Part shown: positions 37,568 through 46,857 of the stretch, piece after piece | Layout of the letters: each line of letters opens with the position of its first letter | How positions within the stretch are numbered: the stretch's first letter is position 1 | Origin: Candidatus Omnitrophota bacterium | Lineage (GTDB): Bacteria > Omnitrophota > Gorgyraeia > Duberdicusellales > 4484-171 | Length of the DNA: 64,000 nucleotides | Reading direction: 5' to 3' | NCBI GenBank assembly: GCA_021735045.1 | Contig: JAIPHU010000004.1 | Coordinates: 2,929 to 66,928 of the forward strand | The notes under the pieces: generated by a model | What the model saw: only the letters and a program-made list of their open reading frames with translations | Databases searched by the model: none | Told to the model about the DNA's origin: nothing | Made by a program: the position numbers and the translations under genes

Positions 37568-38494
37568 ATGGATAGAGCTAAAAGTTACACTATTATATCT
37601 GCATTATTTCTTGGTATAGCAAATATTTTATACTGGTTTATTCTTCCGCTAATCTTTGCGTTGAAATACCCTGGTGGTCTACGAGGACCGATTATGCGTT
37701 GTATGGTTTCGCCTTCGTTAGAAATAAAAGTAATTATTTATATCATATCAGGGTTGGTGATTTTAGGGATGATCTTGTTTATTACCGGTATTATAATTTC
37801 TTTTACGAAGAAAAACTGGAGTAAACTGTTAATAATTATTACTACGATTTTAGTATTTATGTCTATTCCTTTTATGTTTCATTTAGTAAAATTTTTTGTT
37901 GGTTCAGTAAAAAATTTTCGATATTCAATCAGTTCTTATATTGGTCCCGCATCGATTTCCAGAGATATGTCATCATGGAAGATGTTTAAAAGCCAGAGCG
38001 ATAAGTATAAAATTCAATATCCACCAGAGATGGTAAAAACTCGATTTTATTACCGTAATCCTGAAGAGACCAAAGGTTTAAAGAAGGGTCGCCCTTATGA
38101 TTTCACATCATTCGTTTTAAAGGAGAATAATTATTCTGGAAAAAAGTATTACCCGTTTGAAGTTTATATAGGCGTACATCTAAATGAGGAAGGCTTATCG
38201 CCTTTAGCATTTGAAATAAACAAAGTTAAACAGAACCAAAGAGAAATAAGTAATTACCAGGTGCTGTCAAAATCAAAAATTAACATTGCTGGAGTAGAAG
38301 GTGTAGTAGATCATACATTAGTAAAAAAAGGAAATGATGCCAAACGATTTGTAAGGTATTTTATTCCTTACAAGAATGAGATGATAATAATTGTTGGTTT
38401 AATTGGCAAGGAAAAAGAATATATCCCCGAATACCATAAGACCTTTATGGACATGCTTTCGACTTTTAAATTTATGCCAAAAAAAAGAAAATAG
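37568..38494 (+). CDS. hypothetical membrane protein (4 N-terminal TM helices + soluble C-terminal domain)
   Basis: AAGGAGG ribosome-binding site; hydrophobic N-terminal third; no recognisable domain. Confidence 0.5.
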   Translation: MDRAKSYTIISALFLGIANILYWFILPLIFALKYPGGLRGPIMRCMVSPSLEIKVIIYIISGLVILGMILFITGIIISFTKKNWSKLLIIITTILVFMSIPFMFHLVKFFVGSVKNFRYSISSYIGPASISRDMSSWKMFKSQSDKYKIQYPPEMVKTRFYYRNPEETKGLKKGRPYDFTSFVLKENNYSGKKYYPFEVYIGVHLNEEGLSPLAFEINKVKQNQREISNYQVLSKSKINIAGVEGVVDHTLVKKGNDAKRFVRYFIPYKNEMIIIVGLIGKEKEYIPEYHKTFMDMLSTFKFMPKKRK

Positions 38495-38636
38495 GGGCAG
38501 CAATCCAATTAACTCCTTACACAATCCTGCCTTTTTGTTATAATACTGCTTAGATAAAACAAGGACAAGATAAAACAGAAACAGACATCTTTTATATCGC
38601 AGAGCGCAAAGCGCTTAGCGCAGAGCAAATTAGAAA

Positions 38637-40556
38637 ATGATTAGGTTAAATAATATTTCTAAAAGTTACGGAGTAAGGACCCTGTTTGACGGGATCAACC
38701 TTACAATCAATCGGGGCCTCAAGTGTGGCCTAGTGGGGCCAAATGGTGCCGGAAAAAGTACTCTCTTTTCGCTGATTCTTGGCTCACAAGAACCAACTTC
38801 CGGGCAGGTGCAGATAAAAAAGCAGGTCTCGATTGGATACTTGCCTCAGGAGATGTCTTTTGAGTCTAACGATTCGGTCTTATCCGAAGCTACCAAAGGG
38901 GATCACTCGATGCGGCGGATGGTTAAGGAGAAGAAAAAGCTGGAAGATGCCGGTAAGGCTGGCTCAAAAAAGTATGGCGACATATTACATAAGTTAGAGT
39001 TTAAGGGGTATTTTCAGTTAGAGCATAAAGCGGAGAAGATCCTCACCGGCTTAGGCTTTACCGAAAAGATGCTGGCACAACCGGTAAACGAACTTTCCGG
39101 CGGCTGGGGAATGAGGATCTATTTAGCCCGGCTTTTAACTTCCCATTACGATATCTTGCTTCTTGATGAACCGATGAACCATCTTGATTTAGCGGCGGCG
39201 TTATGGTTTAAAGACTATCTGTTAAAATTTAACGGAACCTTTATTATGATCTCCCACGATAAGGATTTCTTAGAACAAGTAACCGATCATATCTTAGTAT
39301 TGGAAAATGAAACGATCACTAAAGTTAAAGGTAACTATCAGAATTATGAGAAGATACAAAGCCAAAAAGCAAGCCATCTGTTAAAGCAAGCAGCAGAACA
39401 AGCCAAGAAACGCAAACAACTGCAAGATTTTATCGCTCGTTTTCACGGCCAGCCGACTAAAGCTGCCCAGGTCCGGGCAAAGAGAAAGATGATTGAGAAG
39501 ATGGAAAAGATTGACCTGCCTTTCCGACGCAGGGAAAGTGTGAGAAACTTCCAATTTCCCGGTACTAAAAATAGCGGCTATCAAGTTATTCGTTTAGAAG
39601 ATGCCTCTAAATCCTATGGCGATCTAAAAGTATACCAAAATCTTGATTTTGAGATTGTCCGTCAGGAAAAAGCAGTCTTAGCCGGTATTAATGGGGCCGG
39701 CAAGTCTACTTTGTTAAAAATATTAGCCGGAGAAATTGATCTTGATTCTGGCCGGCGCCGGGTAGGCAGTAATGTCGGTATCGGCTATTTTTCCCAGAGG
39801 AGAATGGAGATGCTCAGCGCCTCAAATACAGTCTTTGATGAAGTCTATTCTGCTGCGGAGGGAAATTGTTCGGAACAAAGAATCAGGACAATCTTAAGTT
39901 TATTCTTGTTTACCGGCGATGATGTTAGCAAAAAGGTAGAAATTTTATCCGGCGGAGAAAAGAGCCGTCTTATTTTAGCCAAACTATTGATTAATCCACC
40001 TAATTTTCTGTTACTGGATGAGCCGACCATTCATTTAGATATTGATGCTACCGAGGCTTTGATCCGCGCCCTTAAGGTTTATCAGGGAACTTTAGTCTTT
40101 ATTAGCCACGATATCCATTTTGTCCGTTCGGTAGCTAATGTCGTTTATGAGGTTCGCAATGGTAAAATCAGAAAATTTCCCGGCAATTTTGATTACTATT
40201 GGCAAAGAGCCAAGGAGAAAGGTTTTGTGGAAGACGCAAATTACAAACAGCCGAAACCGGCTAAAAAAGTAAAGTCAGCTCGAGATATTGCGAAAGAAGA
40301 AAAAAAATTAGAAAGGCAAAAAATTAAACAGCAGCAAAAGCAGAATGCGGCTCTTTCAAAAAAGATAAAAGCTTTACGCAAAGAAAAAGAAAAAATAGAA
40401 ATCGACCGGAATGTAAAAGCACGAATTTTATCTAACCCCCGTAGTTACCATAATAAGAAGATGGTTATTGATTATGGAGCTAAACTGAAAGTAATCGAGC
40501 AAAGGCTTAAAGCCATAGATGCTGAAATAGCGAAGCTGGAAGGTTCTTTTCTGTAG
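38637..40556 (+). CDS. ABC-F family ATPase (tandem ABC domains, no TMD; Uup/YheS/EttA-like translation factor)
   Basis: Two Walker A motifs GLVGPNGAGKST and LAGINGAGKST, two LSGG signatures and a C-terminal coiled coil. Confidence 0.85.
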   Translation: MIRLNNISKSYGVRTLFDGINLTINRGLKCGLVGPNGAGKSTLFSLILGSQEPTSGQVQIKKQVSIGYLPQEMSFESNDSVLSEATKGDHSMRRMVKEKKKLEDAGKAGSKKYGDILHKLEFKGYFQLEHKAEKILTGLGFTEKMLAQPVNELSGGWGMRIYLARLLTSHYDILLLDEPMNHLDLAAALWFKDYLLKFNGTFIMISHDKDFLEQVTDHILVLENETITKVKGNYQNYEKIQSQKASHLLKQAAEQAKKRKQLQDFIARFHGQPTKAAQVRAKRKMIEKMEKIDLPFRRRESVRNFQFPGTKNSGYQVIRLEDASKSYGDLKVYQNLDFEIVRQEKAVLAGINGAGKSTLLKILAGEIDLDSGRRRVGSNVGIGYFSQRRMEMLSASNTVFDEVYSAAEGNCSEQRIRTILSLFLFTGDDVSKKVEILSGGEKSRLILAKLLINPPNFLLLDEPTIHLDIDATEALIRALKVYQGTLVFISHDIHFVRSVANVVYEVRNGKIRKFPGNFDYYWQRAKEKGFVEDANYKQPKPAKKVKSARDIAKEEKKLERQKIKQQQKQNAALSKKIKALRKEKEKIEIDRNVKARILSNPRSYHNKKMVIDYGAKLKVIEQRLKAIDAEIAKLEGSFL

Positions 40557-40632
40557 TGAGCTTGCCAAAATATCTTTTAATTAATAGTTGTTTTGGTATA
40601 ATTAAGCAAAAGAATAGATTATAAAAAAACCT

Positions 40633-41490
40633 ATGAAAATAAGTCAAATACTAAACAGTACCGAGCGTGGTGTGGCTTTTGAATTTTTCCCTCCCCGAAG
40701 CCAGAAATCAGCAGCAGCACTTAAAAACACCCTGAAAGCATTAAAAAAATATAACCCCTTATATGTTTCGATGACCTGCGGAGCCGGCGGGAGTAGTTAT
40801 GAAACTACCCAGGATGCGGTAAATATTTTACTGGAGGAGAAAGATTTAACGGTAATGCCCCATCTTACTTGTCTGAGCACCGAACCTTCCGCAGTTCGCG
40901 AGATACTTCAAAATTATAAAGATTTAGGAATTGCCAATATTATGGCTTTGCGGGGTGATATCTTACCCGAATCTGAGGAAGCTAATCTAGCCGGTGAGTT
41001 TAAATTCGCTAAAGATCTAATCAAGCTAATTAAAGAGGATGGCCATTTTGATATCGGGGCTGCGGTTTATCCCGAGGGCCATATTGAAATGAGATCCTTA
41101 GATCAAGATCTAAAATATACCAAAGAAAAGATAGATTGCGGAGTCGATTTTGCCGTAACCCAGATGTTTTTTGATAATCAATATTATTATCAGTTTTTAG
41201 AAAGAGCCCGCAGTAACGGAATCAATATCCCGATTTTACCGGGAATTTTACCGCTAACCAATATCGCAAAAGTCAAAGAATTTGCTTCAATTTGTCGAGC
41301 TACTATCCCTGCACAGATCGAAGAGAAATTAAGTCGTTTTTCAAAAAACCCTAAAGACATGCAAAAGGCGGGAATCGAGTTAACGATTAAACAATGCAAA
41401 GATTTGATTGACCATGGCCACCAGCGTTTGCACTTTTTTACATTGAATAAAGCCAGCGTAATGCAAGAGATAATCGATGCCTTATTTTAA
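40633..41490 (+). CDS. metF: 5,10-methylenetetrahydrofolate reductase
   Basis: FEFFPPRSQ N-terminal motif; TIM-barrel MTHFR pattern. Confidence 0.85.
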   Translation: MKISQILNSTERGVAFEFFPPRSQKSAAALKNTLKALKKYNPLYVSMTCGAGGSSYETTQDAVNILLEEKDLTVMPHLTCLSTEPSAVREILQNYKDLGIANIMALRGDILPESEEANLAGEFKFAKDLIKLIKEDGHFDIGAAVYPEGHIEMRSLDQDLKYTKEKIDCGVDFAVTQMFFDNQYYYQFLERARSNGINIPILPGILPLTNIAKVKEFASICRATIPAQIEEKLSRFSKNPKDMQKAGIELTIKQCKDLIDHGHQRLHFFTLNKASVMQEIIDALF

Positions 41491-41725
41491 GAATATCATG
41501 AAAAAAACCGCCTTATTTATTTTAATTGTTTTTTTGCTAGCAGGATGCGGAAGACGACGGGAATCGCTGCGCTACGATCGGAGAGAAACTGCCTTGATAG
41601 CAAAAGAGCAGAGGATAAATAGCCAGACAGAAATCCTGATCGACGGAGCAATTATCGGCGGCGGCCTGGTGCTCTTAATTAGCCTAATCGGCTTTGCCGT
41701 CTTCTACTCTCTAGGAAAAAAATGA
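41477..41725 (+). CDS. small lipoprotein, hypothetical
   Basis: Lipobox LLAGC and a C-terminal TM helix. Confidence 0.45.
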   Translation: MPYFKNIMKKTALFILIVFLLAGCGRRRESLRYDRRETALIAKEQRINSQTEILIDGAIIGGGLVLLISLIGFAVFYSLGKK

Positions 41726-42228
41726 AAAAGAAAGTAACAGTTAATGACAAGATGCAACGGGGTTATAGCTATTATTTGACTGAACCAATAGGAAAGAACT
41801 TTGATCCTGAATTTCAGCCAGAACTTACACCAAAAGAAATGTTAGAGTTGGGGGTTTTTGGGGGTAAATACATGACCGATTGCCAGAAAGAGTTTCCCAG
41901 CTCTTGGTATAAAAAAGCTAAACTCTGTGCCGAAGAACACGATCCACAGCTAAACTATTTTGGCGTAAATGCCAGCCAGCCGCTTGCTGTATGGCGCAAA
42001 AAAGGCTGGATTTATAAAGATGACCCGCGGGGGTGGTTTCAGTGGTATTGCCGTTATTATATGGGAAGGCGGATTCAGGAAGAAGACAGGCGCCAGATAA
42101 AAAGACAGAAAGCAATTAAAAGACACATCGCCCAAATTAAAAAGAACTGTAAAAAAGGTGACCTTAACTGCCGGCCCAAACAGCGCCAAGCAGTCTTAAA
42201 CTGGGCCTATGATAGCAGGAAACTATAA
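41722..42228 (+). CDS. conserved hypothetical protein (WFQWYCRYYMGRR motif)
   Basis: 168-aa ORF overlapping the upstream stop. I cannot assign a family. Confidence 0.45.
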   Translation: MKKKVTVNDKMQRGYSYYLTEPIGKNFDPEFQPELTPKEMLELGVFGGKYMTDCQKEFPSSWYKKAKLCAEEHDPQLNYFGVNASQPLAVWRKKGWIYKDDPRGWFQWYCRYYMGRRIQEEDRRQIKRQKAIKRHIAQIKKNCKKGDLNCRPKQRQAVLNWAYDSRKL

Positions 42229-42297
42229 GTTATAACAAAAGAGGCTGATGATTTGCCTGTATCGAGATAATATCGGCACAGAATTAGGGGGAAAACG

Positions 42298-43041
42298 ATG
42301 AAAAATAAATGGAGATGGCAGTTGTTTTTAGGTTTAGGACTAATTTTTTTATCGGCTTTTGTTTATTTTATCCATTATCTTATTTTTAGGGATATGCATC
42401 ACATTTTTATCTACCTGATCGGAGATATTGGGTTTGTTTTTCTAGAAGTTCTACTGGTGACGTTAATCATCCACCAGCTGCTTGTTCAGCAGGAAAAACA
42501 AATGTTAATTAAAAAGCTGAATATGGTGATTGGTGTTTTTTTTAGTGAAGTAGGCACAAGTTTATTAAAACAAATTGCCGTTTTTGATAAAAAAGTTAAA
42601 GATATTTCTGGCCACTTAGGAGTTAACAGTGATTGGACTAACAAAGAGTTTAGTAGTCTTAAAAAATATTTATACCGCTATGATAGTGATATTGCTATAA
42701 GCAGAGCTGGTTTAGAACAATTACGAGATACTTTAGTTGCAAAACGCACTTTTTTAGTTAACTTGTTAGAAAATCCTAATTTATTAGAACATGATTCCTT
42801 TACAGACACTCTTTGGGCTGTTTTCCATTTAGCAGAAGAGCTATCTAAGAGAGAGGGCTTTGCTAACTTACCCCAGGCAGATTTAGAGCATTTAGCTAAA
42901 GATATCAAGAGATCTTATCAAAACTTAATCGGCGAATGGATTGATTACATCCAACACTTAAAACAAAGTTATCCTTATCTTTTCTCTTTAGCAATCCGCA
43001 CCAATCCTTTTAACGAATCCGCCTCAGTGGTAATTAATTGA
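42298..43041 (+). CDS. membrane-anchored hypothetical protein
   Basis: Two N-terminal TM helices followed by a helical soluble domain. Confidence 0.5.
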   Translation: MKNKWRWQLFLGLGLIFLSAFVYFIHYLIFRDMHHIFIYLIGDIGFVFLEVLLVTLIIHQLLVQQEKQMLIKKLNMVIGVFFSEVGTSLLKQIAVFDKKVKDISGHLGVNSDWTNKEFSSLKKYLYRYDSDIAISRAGLEQLRDTLVAKRTFLVNLLENPNLLEHDSFTDTLWAVFHLAEELSKREGFANLPQADLEHLAKDIKRSYQNLIGEWIDYIQHLKQSYPYLFSLAIRTNPFNESASVVIN

Positions 43042-43169
43042 AACAAAATTTGTTTCCCTAAGTTGCATAACTTGACCCTTAAAACTGCCGGCGTTATAAT
43101 AGTTGTAAATTATTTTTTTTAGCTCAAGAAGAAAGGGGAAAGTTTAGCAGGAAAAGTTGTTTTAATTAT

Positions 43170-43859
43170 ATGAAAAAATTAAAGTTCAACATCTTAAAGA
43201 AAATACTTGGGTTTAAAACAAGCGAACAAAGTTTTGCGTTTCTGATCCTTATTCTCATCACATTCATATTAATTGAACCAATCGTTAAAGATTTAGGTTT
43301 TTTGGCAAATATCATCACCAGCATTGTTATTTCCTTTGTTCCTTTTGCAATTATCCGTGCTGCCGGAAAAAATAAAAAAGAACGCAGAAGGGCTTTTATG
43401 ATCGGTATTATTTTTTTGATCCTTGTTTGGCTGAATGTTTTGGTAGAAGCCCACTTTATGAGAATTCTTTTCTCGCTTTATTTAATAGTGTTTTATGTTT
43501 ATCCTTTAAGAATAATAGTTAGACATCTTCTTACTTCAAGAAAAATAACTTTAAACACGATTTATGCTGCGATTGCCGGTTATCTTCTGATTGGGTTGGC
43601 ATGGGCTTCAATTTATACTGCGATAAATATTTTAAAACCGGGATCTTTTTTAAATATTGAAGGGGTAAATGACAGTATCTATTACAGCTTCTTAACTCTT
43701 ACTACTTTAGGCTATGGAGATATAGTACCCCTTACAGCTTTGGCTAAAAGAGTAGCAGTTTTAGAAAGTATGGTCGGCGTTCTTTATAATGCGATAGTTA
43801 TTGCTTTTATAGTGGGAATATATATAAGCGAAAGGCTTGCAAAAAAAGAAAGCGAATAA
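43170..43859 (+). CDS. potassium channel family protein
   Basis: Selectivity filter TLTTLGYGDIVP between TM helices. Confidence 0.7.
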   Translation: MKKLKFNILKKILGFKTSEQSFAFLILILITFILIEPIVKDLGFLANIITSIVISFVPFAIIRAAGKNKKERRRAFMIGIIFLILVWLNVLVEAHFMRILFSLYLIVFYVYPLRIIVRHLLTSRKITLNTIYAAIAGYLLIGLAWASIYTAINILKPGSFLNIEGVNDSIYYSFLTLTTLGYGDIVPLTALAKRVAVLESMVGVLYNAIVIAFIVGIYISERLAKKESE

Positions 43860-43884
43860 TTAAAAAAGGGGAGGGTAAACAGTT

Positions 43885-44139
43885 ATGGATTTTACCATTG
43901 ATCCAATTAGTCTGGTTAACTTAATACTTTGCGTGATCATTGTAATTTTAGCTTCGCTTCGCTTTAGAAAAAACAAAAACACAACTGCCTTTTTTATCGG
44001 ATTTGCCTTTGGCTTATTTGGTATCTCCCACCTTTTGATCTTTTTTGGGTTAAAGTCGTCCTTGGAAAGTTTTTTGATTACAATCAGGATAATTGCCTAT
44101 CTTTCAGTTATTGCGGCGGTTTATAAAATTGCGAAGTAA
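43885..44139 (+). CDS. small membrane protein, hypothetical
   Basis: Two or three hydrophobic helices. Confidence 0.4.
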   Translation: MDFTIDPISLVNLILCVIIVILASLRFRKNKNTTAFFIGFAFGLFGISHLLIFFGLKSSLESFLITIRIIAYLSVIAAVYKIAK

Positions 44140-44458
44140 TACTTTATGAGCAAAAGAAGACAGCAATCTAAAAAATCAGATAAACGATAGCCGTCCAGAA
44201 AAAAACTCAATAAATTTAGATAAAATCACTGTTAAAGCAGAAGCCGCGGGAGCAGATTACGCCCAATTTGTTAAACACAACCTGGATGAAATGTCCTGGC
44301 TTTATCCGTTTGACTTAACTGGCAACTAACCAAGGAGTTGCAAATCTAATGCAAGCTCGTTACAATACACTAAGCCTTGTTGAACTAATTGATTTTGTAA
44401 AATTAATTAAAAAATAAAATAGAAGCTGAGCTTAATAAGGTAGAGAGTGAGGTAAAGT

Positions 44459-44974
44459 ATGAGTGATAAATTTTCTTTAGATAAATATAAAAACAAAAGA
44501 AATTTTAAAGAAAGCCCGGAGCCAAAAGCAGAAAAAGCAGCAAGAAAAAATAAGCAGCCGTTATTTGTAGTCCAAAAACATGCGGCTAGCCGGCTTCATT
44601 ATGATTTTCGCTTAGAGATTAAAGGAGTGCTTAAATCTTGGGCGGTACCGAAAGGCCCCTCCCTTAATCCTGCCGACAAACGCCTGGCAGTTGAGACCGA
44701 GGATCATCCGCTTGCTTATGCAAACTTTGAAGGAACAATTCCTAAGGGCCATTACGGAGCTGGTACGGTAGTGATTTGGGATAAAGGCACTTATCAAAAC
44801 ATAAAAAAGGATAAAACGGGAAAGGAAATAAAAATTGAAAAAAGTTATCAAAAAGGGCAAATGGAATTTAAACTTCAAGGTAAAAAATTAAAAGGTAATT
44901 TTGCTTTAATTAGATTTAAGCCAAAAAAACAATGGCTTTTAATTAAAATGAAAAATAAAAATATATCTTCTTGA
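44459..44974 (+). CDS. stand-alone LigD-type 3'-phosphoesterase (PE) domain protein
   Basis: LFVVQKHAASRLHYDFRLE...SWAVPKGPS...EDHPLAY..FEGTIPKGHYGAGTV..WDKGTY matches the LigD N-terminal PE domain. Confidence 0.75.
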   Translation: MSDKFSLDKYKNKRNFKESPEPKAEKAARKNKQPLFVVQKHAASRLHYDFRLEIKGVLKSWAVPKGPSLNPADKRLAVETEDHPLAYANFEGTIPKGHYGAGTVVIWDKGTYQNIKKDKTGKEIKIEKSYQKGQMEFKLQGKKLKGNFALIRFKPKKQWLLIKMKNKNISS

Positions 44975-44995
44975 ACTACTTAGCCTATAATCTAG

Positions 44996-45034
44996 TAAAG
45001 TAGTCTTATAAAATTATAGGGCTACTTTTTTTTA
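44996..45034. terminator. bidirectional hairpin terminator between convergent genes
   Basis: An imperfect 14-bp stem centred on TATAAAATTATA followed by T8. Confidence 0.55.
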
Positions 45035-45049
45035 TTAACTTACTTTCGA

Positions 45050-45322
45050 TTAGTTTTTTGGGGAGAACTTTTTTTGGCGGTAGTAAAGGATTACTGCTAT
45101 CACCAGGCTGAATAAAGCTAAATTTACAATATTAAAGGTTTTCCAAACCAAGTCGCTGGATTTAAAAGCTTCCGGGGCCATCAAGATAAAGCAAATCCAA
45201 ACTCCTAAAGCCCAATGTAGGCTGATATCAGCAGATGATCTACGTTTTATCATTCTGGCAATTAGAGGGATATTCCAAAAAGGTAAAGCTATGGCTGCAA
45301 TTAAAGCTATTTTTTCTGTCAT
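45050..45322 (-). CDS. SemiSWEET / PQ-loop-like small membrane transporter (tentative)
   Basis: A 90-aa three-TM protein with IPLIARMIKRRSSADISL resembling the SemiSWEET TM1 K-x-x-S-x-x-D-x-SL region. Confidence 0.4.
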   Translation of the reverse strand: MTEKIALIAAIALPFWNIPLIARMIKRRSSADISLHWALGVWICFILMAPEAFKSSDLVWKTFNIVNLALFSLVIAVILYYRQKKFSPKN

Positions 45323-45461
45323 TTTTTCTCCTTTAATTTAAGAAATAATATACCATAAATTATTGTAAAGTTAAAACTTATTTTTAACTTTGACCTTACA
45401 AAACCCAAGAGCTATAATACTTTAAATTCATCTAAAACAAAAATAATTAAGGAGGCAAAAA

Positions 45462-45626
45462 TGGATAAATTTAAAACAACCTTACAAGTTTCAAGATCGA
45501 AAGAAAATCCTGATATCTTTATTTTTACAATCTCTACACCGACCTTACGGACTCAATTTAAACTTCCTAAAAAAACTGTAAATCAACTCCGGGTTGATCT
45601 AGAAAGGCTTATTGTGGGAAAATAAT
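45462..45626 (+). CDS. very small ORF (54 aa) with strong ribosome-binding site, hypothetical
   Basis: AAGGAGG-N6-ATG; below the ORF-track size cut-off. Confidence 0.25.
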
Positions 45627-45723
45627 AAATTTACTTTTTAAAATAGATAGTTTGAAAATAAATCAAGCTGTGGTAGAATATTTTTTCGTATAAATAAAAT
45701 TAATATTATTTAGGGAGGTGGTG

Positions 45724-46038
45724 ATGGCAAAGAAAAAAGATTTTTTCCAAGAAGTGAAGACAAAACATTGGCCTAAGGCAAGAAAAGAGCTTGAAAAGGG
45801 TATTGATAATGCTAAAAAAATGCTTTCAGCCGGAGAAAAACAGATAAGACAATTTTCTGAAAAAAGCGCTGAACGAACTCGAAAGATCTCTCTTCAAGTA
45901 AGGAAAGAAAAACTAATCTATGAACTAGGTAAAACTATTGCCCGTACAGCTAAAAACAAATGGGGCACAACTAAAAAAGTAGATAAGTTGCGCAAAGAAA
46001 TTAAAGGTTTAGAAAAAGAAATAAAAAAGATTAAATAA
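45724..46038 (+). CDS. lysine-rich coiled-coil protein, hypothetical
   Basis: AGGGAGG ribosome-binding site and an ATG at 45724. The ORF track starts it at GTG 45718. Confidence 0.45.
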   Translation: MAKKKDFFQEVKTKHWPKARKELEKGIDNAKKMLSAGEKQIRQFSEKSAERTRKISLQVRKEKLIYELGKTIARTAKNKWGTTKKVDKLRKEIKGLEKEIKKIK

Positions 46039-46060
46039 CTAAATATAAAGGAGATTTTCT

Positions 46061-46378
46061 ATGGCAGTTGAAGTAACTAATGCAAATTTTGATAGTGAAG
46101 TTTTACAATCAGAAATTCCGGTCTTAATTGATTTTTGGGCTCCTTGGTGTGGGCCATGTAAGGCAGTAGAGCCGGTTTTAGAAGAAATTGAAAATGAAGT
46201 AGGCGAAAAAATAAAAATTTGTAGAATTAATTTAGATGAAGCACCGGAAATTGCAACAAAGTATTCAATAATGAGTATTCCTACCTTAATGGTCGTAAAG
46301 GATGGAAATATTATGGATACCAAAGTTGGTGCTTTACCTAAAGATAGTCTGATGAGCATTATTCAGCCTTATCTTTAG
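46061..46378 (+). CDS. trxA: thioredoxin
   Basis: WAPWCGPCK active site in a 105-aa product. Confidence 0.9.
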   Translation: MAVEVTNANFDSEVLQSEIPVLIDFWAPWCGPCKAVEPVLEEIENEVGEKIKICRINLDEAPEIATKYSIMSIPTLMVVKDGNIMDTKVGALPKDSLMSIIQPYL

Positions 46379-46452
46379 ATAAGTTTTTGACAACAAAGAC
46401 CTTGCTTTTCTAGAGATAAGTTGCTATAATTTTATGCTTTTTTGAATAGAAT

Positions 46453-46567
46453 GGGCCTGTAGCTCAGCCTGGTTAGAGCAGTCCCGACGTTCGCATTTCA
46501 TGCTCAGTTGGGATTCCGACTTCTGGCCTACAGTTTAACGGCAGCCAGAACGTCGGAACTGACTCAT
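46453..46567 (+). pseudogene. partial tRNA-Met (5' half through anticodon) interrupted by a 77-nt palindromic mini-element (46482-46558)
   Basis: GGGCCTGTAGCTCAGCCTGGTTAGAGCAG, then the insert, then CTGACTCAT. This matches the intact tRNA-Met at 46848 exactly; the 3' half is missing. Confidence 0.65.
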
Positions 46568-46587
46568 TTCGGTTTTAGGTAAGTTGA

Positions 46588-46857
46588 ATGGCTTATGTTT
46601 ATATCTTGCAAGATAAGCAAAACGGAAAATTTTATATCGGCAGTACTAATAATGTTGAATCTAGATTCAAGCAACACAAAAGTAAAAAACACCATTCAAG
46701 TAAATGCTTAACAGATCCTGAAATTGTGTTTAAGCAAAAGTTTGATAGTTTAAAAATCGCAAGAAAAATAGAGCTAAGGTTAAAGAAATATAAACATAAA
46801 GATTTCATTGAAAAAATAATTAGGGACGGTATTATAAAGAAAATGCAGGGCCTGTAG
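46588..46857 (+). CDS. small GIY-YIG nuclease-domain protein (YhbQ/UPF0213-like)
   Basis: YVYILQDKQNGKFYIGSTNNVESRFKQH matches the GIY-YIG motif. The stop codon TAG lies inside the 5' end of tRNA-Met. Confidence 0.65.
   Translation: MAYVYILQDKQNGKFYIGSTNNVESRFKQHKSKKHHSSKCLTDPEIVFKQKFDSLKIARKIELRLKKYKHKDFIEKIIRDGIIKKMQGL

Noticed and set aside
46039-46359. 106-aa minus-strand ORF
   Set aside because: It is antisense to trxA, which has an unambiguous WCGPC active site.
46391-46428. TTGACA ... TATAAT upstream of the broken tRNA-Met as a canonical promoter
   Set aside because: TTGACA-to-TATAAT spacing is about 26 nt, which is too long. Only a weaker TTGCTT-17-TATAAT alternative fits, so I did not call it a feature.
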